Source: Acidobacteriaceae bacterium (GTDB lineage Bacteria > Acidobacteriota > Terriglobia > Terriglobales > Acidobacteriaceae). Taken from it: DNA of 47,977 nucleotides. Under the pieces are notes generated by a model. That model was not told the DNA's origin. It was given only the letters and a program-made list of their open reading frames with translations, and did not search any database. Both the position numbers and the translations under genes were made by a program. The DNA is taken from assembly GCA_003159355.1 (NCBI GenBank), contig PLPA01000091.1, positions 1,118 through 49,094 of the forward strand, given 5' to 3'. How positions within the stretch are numbered: position 1 is the stretch's first letter; each line of letters opens with the position of its first letter. Below, piece by piece: positions 27,697 to 36,090 of the stretch.

Positions 27697-28905
27697 TCAC
27701 TCAGCGTTTTGGGAGGCCGCATCGGGCAGTATCTCTTGTCTACCCGCCCGGACCGTGGAAATCCCCGGCCCGGCGCCGAACAGGTTCCTTGCCACTCTCC
27801 CTATCGAGGCCAAGCTCATGGCTGCGCCATGAGCGAGAGAAGCAACTTGCTTAAGAACCGGTTCGCGGGCCATGAAATGCCGCTCAACAAGAAACCAGGA
27901 AAGAGCGCCTACCCCCACTGAGAGTGGAGCAGCCAGCAGAAAGAGCTTCACCGGCGCCATCGTTCCCCCTCCGTACTTCACAATCAATTGTTGAATCGGA
28001 AAGGCATACAGATAGGTGCCGTAGGAAAAATCCCCGAACCGCCCCAGATTCAGCGGACGCAGCAACGGCAGATACGCAAGGCCCAGGAGAAGATATGCGC
28101 CGCAGATTGGAAGCGTAACCAGAAGCCCGTTGGGAACAAAGTTCGATGCGATGAGAATCGCGAGAGAGGCAATCATGAGAGGCTTGCGTAGCAGCGCTGA
28201 GCCGCCAAATAGATGAAACAGGGATCCCGCAAGGAAGAAAGGGAGAACCATCGCCCAGAACAGCGGAAAGCCAAAGATCGCGCCCAGAATCTTGCCGCCG
28301 GGAACCCATCCCGTAATGGACAGATAAAGGCGCCATGCAATTGCCGTCGCGAAGAACGCCGCCACCAGCCAGCGGCGCCGGAGCGCTCCGGTTACTCCCA
28401 GCAGCAGGATTCCGATGTAGCACCAGAATTCAAAGGGCACCGACCAAAGAGATCCGTTCAGCGCATTGGGCCAGGCGTTGTGGACAAAGACCGGCGGAAC
28501 ATCGAAGGCCTGCAGCCGCAGCGTTTGCAACAGGAAGCTCCCTAGCGCCACTGGACGGCGAGTTGCCGTCTCGGCCGCAAAGGGAACCACAATCAGTGCC
28601 GAAAGCAAAGCCGCAACGATGAACCCTGGGTAAATGCGAGCGATGCGCCGCTTGAGGAACTTAAGCGGATTCGGAGAGCGCGTCCAGCTCTGCGCAATAA
28701 GAAATCCGCTGATCACAAAAAAGGCCCACACGCTCACGTTTCCAGAAGTAATCTGCCCGTGAGTCAGCACAAACAGAGGTTCGGTATCGTCGGATCCCCG
28801 GCCCAGCGCAAAGCTATGAGAGAAGATTACCAGCACTGCAAAAAACAGGCGCAGCGTGTCGAAGCTATTATCGGCGTGGCGGCTCCCGTTGTTTGTGGTT
28901 GACAT
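27697..28905 (-). CDS. Acyltransferase family 3 (OafA-like) membrane O-acyltransferase
   Basis: FDTLRLFFAVLVIFSH, FFVISGFLI, RRIARIYP, NGSLWSVPFEFWCY, DFSYGTYLYAFP, SWFLVE. Confidence 0.92.
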   Translation of the reverse strand: MSTTNNGSRHADNSFDTLRLFFAVLVIFSHSFALGRGSDDTEPLFVLTHGQITSGNVSVWAFFVISGFLIAQSWTRSPNPLKFLKRRIARIYPGFIVAALLSALIVVPFAAETATRRPVALGSFLLQTLRLQAFDVPPVFVHNAWPNALNGSLWSVPFEFWCYIGILLLGVTGALRRRWLVAAFFATAIAWRLYLSITGWVPGGKILGAIFGFPLFWAMVLPFFLAGSLFHLFGGSALLRKPLMIASLAILIASNFVPNGLLVTLPICGAYLLLGLAYLPLLRPLNLGRFGDFSYGTYLYAFPIQQLIVKYGGGTMAPVKLFLLAAPLSVGVGALSWFLVERHFMAREPVLKQVASLAHGAAMSLASIGRVARNLFGAGPGISTVRAGRQEILPDAASQNAE

Positions 28906-29006
28906 TTCCGCACCTCATGGCTGGGTAGCTATTCCGGGCAGCGCCGGGCTTCTCGAAGTGAACCGCTATCAAGGTCTGGGGGATATGTTTCAGTGATTTC
29001 GACGCG

Positions 29007-29150
29007 CTAGTATCGTGACAGTTTGATAGTGAAAGAGTGAAGAAGTGAAAGAGTGAAGTAAGAATAGCGCGGGCCTTTCACTGATTCACTATTTCACTCA
29101 TTCACTTGCTCCTTGATGATTGATTCGCAATTCAACTGTCACCTTACTAG
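29007..29150. repeat. CTAG-bounded palindromic element containing inverted octamer arrays (MITE/REP-like)
   Basis: CTAGTA-TC-GTGACAGTT (29007-29023) / AACTGTCAC-CT-TACTAG (29134-29150). Inside are 4x AGTGAAnn (29028-29059) and 4x nnTTCACT (29075-29106). Confidence 0.7.
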
Positions 29151-30061
29151 ATTCCGAAGCGTGACCGGAGCGCGGTTCGCGCCGCGTACGCTCCTTCGTA
29201 CAGCTTGCCGAAGGTCAGATTCTTCAGCCGATCCGCGCCGGGCCTTTGCCCTGGCACGGTCGGATGCAAGCCAATCTTTCGTGCAAAGTAATTCGCGCGG
29301 TACGCTCCGATTGCGTCATTGCGGACCCGCTTGAAATTGATGCTGACGGAAACGGAAACATTGTCGTTGTTCTTCACCCAATGCGGGAAGGTGGCTGGAT
29401 TGAAGACGCCAACACCTGGGGATAACTCGTAGCGCCAATGTCCCTCCAATAACTCGTCGTGCCATCTGGGCGCCAGCAGATTTCCAGTCCAGTAGCGCTC
29501 CATCTCCTCTTGAGTCAAGATCTTCGGATCGTGCGCGTTGTAGAGGAACACCGACTTCGTGCCCTGCACCTGAGCCAGAAAATTGGCCTCGCCATCCAGA
29601 TGATAGGGCGTAATGCGGTTGGGCGAAGTGATGAAGATGGTCAGAATCGGATCGCAATACCGGCGGCGCAAATCCGCGCCAGTAAGTTCCGACAACTCCG
29701 AGATGAATAACTCCAGCGCCGCGCGGTACTCCGGCTCCTCGTGAATGCGCTTGAGAATGATCCAGTTTCGGCTTTCCCCTATCCGCTCCAGCGCCTGAAC
29801 CAGAGTCATATCCGCTGGCTTGCTGCCGAAGTAGCCGTTCACTACCGGCTCGCCGCTTTCGTAGTGGCTCTTATGCTGACGCTTTTTCATGCAGCGCTCA
29901 GCCAGTTTCAGCAGCGCAGGCATCTGAAAAAGATCCATAGTATTAAGAGCGTGCCGGAACTCAAATGGCCGGTGGTCGAAGTTGGCGGCAAATAGCTGGC
30001 CCGTTTCGGTATCGCGGGGGAAGACGACCGGCGCCGCCGCAGAATGGATTGCTGTAGCCAT
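29147..30061 (-). CDS. JmjC/cupin-like Fe(II)/2-oxoglutarate-dependent oxygenase (paralog 1)
   Basis: IFITSP...TPYHLDGE...QVQGTK...FPHWVKN...SVSVSINF (HxD...H triad). Start moved to ATG 30061 after GAAGG (ORF track 30214). Confidence 0.82.
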   Translation of the reverse strand: MATAIHSAAAPVVFPRDTETGQLFAANFDHRPFEFRHALNTMDLFQMPALLKLAERCMKKRQHKSHYESGEPVVNGYFGSKPADMTLVQALERIGESRNWIILKRIHEEPEYRAALELFISELSELTGADLRRRYCDPILTIFITSPNRITPYHLDGEANFLAQVQGTKSVFLYNAHDPKILTQEEMERYWTGNLLAPRWHDELLEGHWRYELSPGVGVFNPATFPHWVKNNDNVSVSVSINFKRVRNDAIGAYRANYFARKIGLHPTVPGQRPGADRLKNLTFGKLYEGAYAARTALRSRFGI

Positions 30062-30438
30062 GGAACCTTCTGGGTTCGCGCACTCAGGGAGTGCCGGTTG
30101 GGATTGCAGAAAACTGAGATAGCCGCGGTATCTTGCAGCCGGATCGGACAGATATTGAGGAAGATGGTCTTGTGATGAAGGGAACAGCGGACGGCTGTGC
30201 ACGGATTCGGGCACTTACCCGCCGGTTAGCGCCGTGGGCAGGCTTCGCCTTTGTCACTCCCGCCATTTCAGCGCGGAAGAAACTGATTGATTACTAGATT
30301 TGATGTGAGAAGCGAGAATCCGTTGCAAATAATTGTCACTCCTGTATCGGGCCGGTTCGGTCGCCCCTGAATAACCGTTTCCCAATGGGCCATCGCGGAA
30401 CTTGCATAACTGATAAGTGGTAGAAACCGGAAGTGGAC

Positions 30439-31959
30439 TTAGGAGCCGGTTCCGGCAACAACCACCCCGATCGTGCGCAAAATGATCTTGATGTCCAGCC
30501 AGACGCTCCAATTCTCAATGTAGGTCACGTCCAGCGAGATGTAGCTGTCGAAGGATGGATCCTGGCGCGACTGCACCTGCCACAGGCCGGTGATCCCGGG
30601 AGTTACGTCGAGACGGCGCAGGTGGCTGAGCTGGTACGCCTGCACTTCGCTGGCTAGCGGCGGGCGCGGACCGACAATGCTCATGTCACCATGCAGCACA
30701 TTGAAGAACTGGGGCAGTTCGTCCAGGGAATACTTGCGCAGGAACCGGCCCGGTTTGGTGATGCGGGGATCGTTCGAGATCTTGAACAGCACGCCGTCGC
30801 GCTCGTTCATGTGCATCACGTCGGACAGGCGCTTGTCCGCGTCGCGCACCATGGTCCGAAACTTGAGGCAGCGGAAGACACGGCCCTTCTTCCCGAGGCG
30901 TTGCGCGTGATAGAAGACCGGACCCTTCGAATCCAGCTTGATGGCGATGGCGATGGCCAAGAGCACGGGCAAAATGCAAATCAAGATCAGGGTGGAAAAA
31001 ACAATATCGACCATGCGCTTGAGCAATAATGCGATCTCGGGCACCTGACCATGGTGGAGTGGAATGGTCGGGAACTGCCCGATGTACTCGATGGGCTTGT
31101 CCCAGACCAGCCCATCGTACATGTCAGGAACCACGCGCATATCGACGCCCTGGGCACGGGCTTGCTCCAGTATATCCTTGACGATGCCGCGCTGCTCGCA
31201 GGGCGCAGTGAAAAATACTTCATCCACAAAATGCTTGCGAGTGTGCTGGAAGAGCGTGTCGAGCGTGCCCACCACGTCGCTGGAGGGGCTGCCAAAGTGG
31301 GGGCAGCCGCCGGGAAACGCGATGAAGCCCTTGAAGTTGTAGCCAAGATGCCGGATTCTGTCCAGATGATTGCGAAGCGCATGCGCCTCCGGTCCGGTGC
31401 CGACGATGAACACGTTGCGGCTGCCTATGCCGCGCTCGAAGCGGTGGTAGAGCAGCAAGCGATAAACGAACCGGCGCAGGCTGAGTCCGATGGTGACCAG
31501 TCCAATGGTGATGAGGACGATGCCGCGGGGAATGTCCTGAGCTCGAACCAGGAAGAGCGTGCCGGTTAGCAGAAGCCCGGAGGTGAAGCAGGCCTCCACA
31601 CTTAGCCTTTGTTCATCCAGAAAGCTGCTTATGCGCGCGGGCGTATACAAATGCAACCGCCGGCTGGTGATCATGAGCGTCGCGGCAAACCCGCACAGGG
31701 CCGCCAGCAGGATTCTTATCGTACCGCTTTGAAGGAGAGTGCCGCGCCAAAGGCTCTTCGCGCCAGCCATAGGCCCCATATGCCGCTCGTAGAGCGTGAC
31801 TAACACCGCGGACGCCAGGATCGTAATCCCATCCAGGACCATCCCCAGCAAGACCATGCCTCGCGAGACGCGCGATGAGCCTGCCACCGGCCTTTCCACC
31901 CATTCCTGGGAGGAAGCCACGTTTGCGGTGATGCTTTGCCAAAGTCCTGTTGTTGCCAT
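30439..31959 (-). CDS. Priming sugar transferase (undecaprenyl-phosphate glycosylphosphotransferase, WcaJ/CpsE family)
   Basis: N-terminal TMs, IVGTG, KRMVDI, DSKGPVF, KFRTM, DPRIT, SLDELPQFFNVLHGDMSIVGPRP, PGITGLWQV, YIENWS. Confidence 0.95.
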   Translation of the reverse strand: MATTGLWQSITANVASSQEWVERPVAGSSRVSRGMVLLGMVLDGITILASAVLVTLYERHMGPMAGAKSLWRGTLLQSGTIRILLAALCGFAATLMITSRRLHLYTPARISSFLDEQRLSVEACFTSGLLLTGTLFLVRAQDIPRGIVLITIGLVTIGLSLRRFVYRLLLYHRFERGIGSRNVFIVGTGPEAHALRNHLDRIRHLGYNFKGFIAFPGGCPHFGSPSSDVVGTLDTLFQHTRKHFVDEVFFTAPCEQRGIVKDILEQARAQGVDMRVVPDMYDGLVWDKPIEYIGQFPTIPLHHGQVPEIALLLKRMVDIVFSTLILICILPVLLAIAIAIKLDSKGPVFYHAQRLGKKGRVFRCLKFRTMVRDADKRLSDVMHMNERDGVLFKISNDPRITKPGRFLRKYSLDELPQFFNVLHGDMSIVGPRPPLASEVQAYQLSHLRRLDVTPGITGLWQVQSRQDPSFDSYISLDVTYIENWSVWLDIKIILRTIGVVVAGTGS

Positions 31960-32206
31960 ATTCTTTCCGAAGACCTCCATATTCAAAGATTCAGGAGATA
32001 ACCTGGAAACTGGTTTCCGAAAATGGCGTCCGGGACAGAGACAGGGGAATTGCCTCTAGTGGTTACCCGCGCGCCGGCGTCAATTGAAACGACCCCTGTG
32101 CGGCAGTGCCTTCAGTTATCCCAAGGGGAGCAATCTCTCATAACTTTTTCACCTCCTCAAGCGCCTTCCCCGAATCGGATAGAATCGAACCCGGAGGAAG
32201 GCGACC

Positions 32207-32962
32207 TTGAACAGGAGCACACGCTGGCTTGCAACCCGCCCCGCGAGTGAGACTCCGCGAGTGCGCCTGTTCTGCCTGCCCCATGCGGGTGGCGGCGCCA
32301 CCGCTTATCGTTCCTGGACCGCCGAATTGCCGGCCTTTGTGCAGATATGCCCGGTTCTGCTGCCCGGCCGGGAGACCCGACTCTCCGAGCTTTTTTATAC
32401 CCAGATTGATCCGCTCGTGGACGCCATGGATCGGGAATTACGTCCTTGGCTGGAGATACCTTATGCGATCTTCGGACACAGCATGGGAGCATTGCTGGCC
32501 TTCGAGTGGGTGCGCAGGCTGAGGCGCGACGGGTATCCCATGCCTGCATGGCTCTTTCTCTCCGGCCGCCGAGCGCCGGATGCGCCGGGCGATGACAGGC
32601 TTCTCCATCAACTGCCTGACCACGAGTTTGTCGCTGAGCTAACTCGCCTCTACGATGGAATCCCGCTGGAGTTCCTTGAAAATGCGGCGCTCAAGGAGGT
32701 TTTCCTGCCGATCCTGCGTGCTGATATCGCGTTGGTCGAGAGTTATCGCTTCCGGGATGATGAACCGCTGGACTGCCCGATCACTGTCTTCTCCGGAGTG
32801 AACGATGTCAGCGTAAGCTGGGATGAGTTACTAGAATGGAAGCGTCATACCAGCAGGCGCTTCACAATGCAGGTTCTCCCCGGAGGCCACTTCTTTCCCC
32901 AGCGCCCACTTCTGCAAACCATCTCGGCAACCCTGGCCGAGCTGTGTTCTCAGCGCGGATGA
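32207..32962 (+). CDS. Type II (editing) thioesterase, GrsT/RifR-like
   Basis: LFCLPHAGGG, LPGRETR, FGHSMGA, ILRADI, PGGHFF. TTG start after GGAGG. Confidence 0.93.
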   Translation: MNRSTRWLATRPASETPRVRLFCLPHAGGGATAYRSWTAELPAFVQICPVLLPGRETRLSELFYTQIDPLVDAMDRELRPWLEIPYAIFGHSMGALLAFEWVRRLRRDGYPMPAWLFLSGRRAPDAPGDDRLLHQLPDHEFVAELTRLYDGIPLEFLENAALKEVFLPILRADIALVESYRFRDDEPLDCPITVFSGVNDVSVSWDELLEWKRHTSRRFTMQVLPGGHFFPQRPLLQTISATLAELCSQRG

Positions 32963-33010
32963 CAGCCAGGATGCCGTGTCGGGATCGCAGCGCTCGGATG
33001 CTATGAGACA

Positions 33011-34849
33011 TTACATACCCGTTGCCCACGATCCCTCTGGCTGAACGGCGCGATTGCGCCCGGCGGTCTGTTGCACGGCGTGAAGGGATGCAGTCAGTTG
33101 CGGATCGAAGCTGTAGATCCACGCACCGGTGTCGGCAACGGGAACCCACCCGCTTGAATCGGCGCTGGGCTGAGCGAGGGAGACGACGGCCCGGACTCCA
33201 GTCTCTTGAAAAGCCCGCATCACTCGTTTGCGTTGTTGCGGCGGCAGTTGCCAGAAGACAATGCCCCAGTCCTTGTCGGCCTCTTCGGATTCTTGGCCGT
33301 CGAGCTGCGTGCGGTCCCATGGTTCGATGCGCCAGGGGAGCGAGCCGAACTCCGCGACCAGCCGAATGCGCTCTACGTAAGCCCAGCTGCAACGGAAGTT
33401 GGCATCCCTGCGGCCAATCAGGGCTACGGTATCTCCCGGCCGCAGTCCATACGCCGTCAGAGCGGTTGCGAGCCTCCATTGCGGATCGCGATGGAAATCT
33501 TGGCGGTGAAGCGCGGCCTGAATGGTCCAGAAGTCATACCTGGCCAGCTCCGCGCAAGCGCCAATGGCGTACGTCGCAAGCACGAGCACGAGGAAGGAAC
33601 GCCGCGCGACAAGCCTCCGGTCGAGTAAAAGCACAAGAGGAAGCATGGTGAGCAAGAGCAATATCCCGGCTAGATTGCGCTCTTCCACATGCACCAGCAG
33701 ATACGGAATCGCGGCCAGCACGGGAAGGATGAGCATGGGCCAGCAAGCTCTCGAACTTTGCCAGGCGGCCTTTCGCCAATCGCGCTTCCATGTTATGGTG
33801 AGCAGCACCGCGAGAAAAGCCCACAGGATTGGATGAGCTTTTGCGATCTTTGCCAGGAAGTAACACCCCTTGGCGGCCGCCGCTATCTGATTCGAGATGC
33901 CGAAGAAGTGGTGGAAGCCCCGATACCAGTAGGCCAAGTTGTTATAAGGCGGATACGTACTCTCAAACGGTCCCTGAAACGCAAAGACCGGCAGATCGGG
34001 CAGCAATTTCAAGGTGGGATGAATCGGGCTGCCAAACTGGGCCGGCCCTCCCTGCCAATTCCCCCAGTGCGGCAGGTGATTCACATGGAAGGCGTAATTC
34101 AACTCTCCGGAGGAACCCAGCGTGAACTGGCCGTAAGACCAGGAGATGCCGGAGACATATGGAATGAAGAGAGCGAGAAAAACCGACGCGCCGATGACCA
34201 AGGTGCGCCACGGAACCATCCCCGCGAATCGCGCCAGCAGGAGAATCAGCAGAAAGATCGCGGCGTCGCAGAAGAAAACGCCCTTTACCCAGCATCCTAT
34301 GCCCAGAATCAAACCCAGAATTGCGGCAGGCATGGCGGAACGGAGGCGGATGGCGCGGAGAAGCTGCGCCGCACCGAGAATAAGCAACAGGGAAACCAGC
34401 AGGTCGGGTGCGACACGCGACACTTTGTCGAAGCAGAGTTCATAACTGAGGAAGACGCTGCAAACCGTCCATGTCACGACCGGCCGGCTGACCTCGCTGG
34501 CCGCTGCCGGATCATGGAATTCCGCTGCCTGCCGGATCAGGCGCCGCACAGCGGCATAGGTGGCCAGGAAGACGATCCAGTTCAGTACGGCAATGGCGTA
34601 CCACTCGCCTTCTGCGGTTCCGGGAGCCAGGCTGCGCGCCAGGGCAACGAGCGCTGGATAGCCTGCATTCCACATGGGGTCGAAGATGCCCCTCCAGTCG
34701 TGGCTGGAAACGGCTCTGCTGACATTCAGGTAAGAAATCCAGTCGCCCAGGTATTCGGTCCGTCCGTAGACGCCTTCCACCGCCCCTAAGAGACTTACCA
34801 GCACCCAGCTAAGCGCAAGGTGGGTTCGGTCGTGATTCCATTGAGTCAT
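33011..34849 (-). CDS. Polytopic membrane protein, putative GT-C-fold glycosyltransferase
   Basis: DWISYLNVS...MWNAGYPAL first loop, PDLL, G..LGIGCWVK, a large periplasmic loop and multiple TMs. Start uncertain (34849; ORF track 34957). Confidence 0.55.
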   Translation of the reverse strand: MTQWNHDRTHLALSWVLVSLLGAVEGVYGRTEYLGDWISYLNVSRAVSSHDWRGIFDPMWNAGYPALVALARSLAPGTAEGEWYAIAVLNWIVFLATYAAVRRLIRQAAEFHDPAAASEVSRPVVTWTVCSVFLSYELCFDKVSRVAPDLLVSLLLILGAAQLLRAIRLRSAMPAAILGLILGIGCWVKGVFFCDAAIFLLILLLARFAGMVPWRTLVIGASVFLALFIPYVSGISWSYGQFTLGSSGELNYAFHVNHLPHWGNWQGGPAQFGSPIHPTLKLLPDLPVFAFQGPFESTYPPYNNLAYWYRGFHHFFGISNQIAAAAKGCYFLAKIAKAHPILWAFLAVLLTITWKRDWRKAAWQSSRACWPMLILPVLAAIPYLLVHVEERNLAGILLLLTMLPLVLLLDRRLVARRSFLVLVLATYAIGACAELARYDFWTIQAALHRQDFHRDPQWRLATALTAYGLRPGDTVALIGRRDANFRCSWAYVERIRLVAEFGSLPWRIEPWDRTQLDGQESEEADKDWGIVFWQLPPQQRKRVMRAFQETGVRAVVSLAQPSADSSGWVPVADTGAWIYSFDPQLTASLHAVQQTAGRNRAVQPEGSWATGM

Positions 34850-34969
34850 GCATGGTTCTCCAATGACTTTGCCGCGATTGCGAGCGAGTGCGAATGTGTG
34901 CCCTGGCCGCAGACCTGGCAACTCGGCATTGGCGAACTTAAAATGGCATAGAGGCAAGAGCTGCGGTGC

Positions 34970-35935
34970 TCAGCGCAGCCCCGCCAGTTGGGCGATCCTT
35001 CTGTTTTGCTCACGCGCTTCCGCCGGGATAAGCGGCCGCCCCTTCACGGCTTGCTTGGCCATCTGCATTGCGGTGTAGGCCGTGCTCTTCAGGCGGTCGG
35101 ATACGGGATGCGCGCCGGGCGGATGCGGCATGATGCCCGCGCGGCGAAGATAGTAGTTCGCCCTGTACAGGTTGGCCCAGTGCTGGTCGTGAAACTGGAA
35201 ATTGACATTCAGAGTTACGGAGATGTTGTTCTTGTTCCGCAGCCAGTGCGGGGAATTGATGGGAATATGCACGCCGGTTCCGGGGCGCATGTGATAGACA
35301 ATAGCCCTGGCTTCGTACTCCGGCTTGTAACGCGCCGCCCGATTGTCGGCGGTCCAATAGGTCTCTAGCTCCTGGTCAGGAACGATCTCCTTGTCGGCGC
35401 GGTCGAAGAGGTGAATCTCCTTGTCGCCCTGAAGCTGAAGAATCCAGGAAACCTCGCGGTCCAGGTGATATTCCGTCACGCGATTCGGCGACGTAATGAA
35501 GAGAATCGCCTCGAACCATTTGATCTTGCGCAGCAGTTGCGGCCCGGAGAGCTGGAGGATGTCTCGAATGCAGTTCTCCAGCACCTCGCGATAGCCCGGC
35601 TCGCGCTCCACGTGCTTCAAAATGATCCAAGCCTGCGCGGAATCGATCTTGCGAATCAGATCCACGGCAGCCGTTCGCGCCAGATCGGGACGCACCGGCT
35701 TCTGTCCCGGCTCAATCAGGCCGTCGTTGAAATACACGTCACCGCCGGCCAGATGGGGAGTAATGCGCGTCGCCACCTTCTCCGCCAAATCCACAAGCCG
35801 GGAAAGCTCAAAGAGAGGATTTCCGGCAAGAGCATGAGAAAATTCGTAAGGCAGCCGGTTCAGATTCTGTGTGAAGACGCCGGGTTCGCACTGGATGATG
35901 CAATCAGAGGCTACGGACATATGGACCTCCGCCAT
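34970..35935 (-). CDS. JmjC/cupin-like Fe(II)/2-oxoglutarate-dependent oxygenase (paralog 2)
   Basis: WIILK, LFITSP...TEYHLDRE...QLQGDK...SPHWLRN...ISVTLNVNF; colinear with 29147-30061. Confidence 0.82.
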   Translation of the reverse strand: MAEVHMSVASDCIIQCEPGVFTQNLNRLPYEFSHALAGNPLFELSRLVDLAEKVATRITPHLAGGDVYFNDGLIEPGQKPVRPDLARTAAVDLIRKIDSAQAWIILKHVEREPGYREVLENCIRDILQLSGPQLLRKIKWFEAILFITSPNRVTEYHLDREVSWILQLQGDKEIHLFDRADKEIVPDQELETYWTADNRAARYKPEYEARAIVYHMRPGTGVHIPINSPHWLRNKNNISVTLNVNFQFHDQHWANLYRANYYLRRAGIMPHPPGAHPVSDRLKSTAYTAMQMAKQAVKGRPLIPAEAREQNRRIAQLAGLR

Positions 35936-36090
35936 GAGAGTCTGGAGAATTGGCTGGGAGTTTGAGAGGATTGACTTTCATTTCGCCGCTGGACTCGCCG
36001 CTGATAAGTTCAACCTGCCGTGGTCACGCGATTCAAATGAAGGATTCGGCGGAACAATTTCGGAGTTATCGAACGAAGCGATTAGACATT

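Noticed and set aside
29028-29106. Possible CRISPR array
   Set aside because: The units are 8 nt with no spacers, the arrangement is inverted, and there are no cas genes.
30062-30438. Riboswitch (e.g. c-di-GMP) or small ORFs in the long spacer
   Set aside because: I recognised no consensus by eye, and the small ORFs lack an RBS or motifs. An Rfam scan would be needed to exclude it fully.
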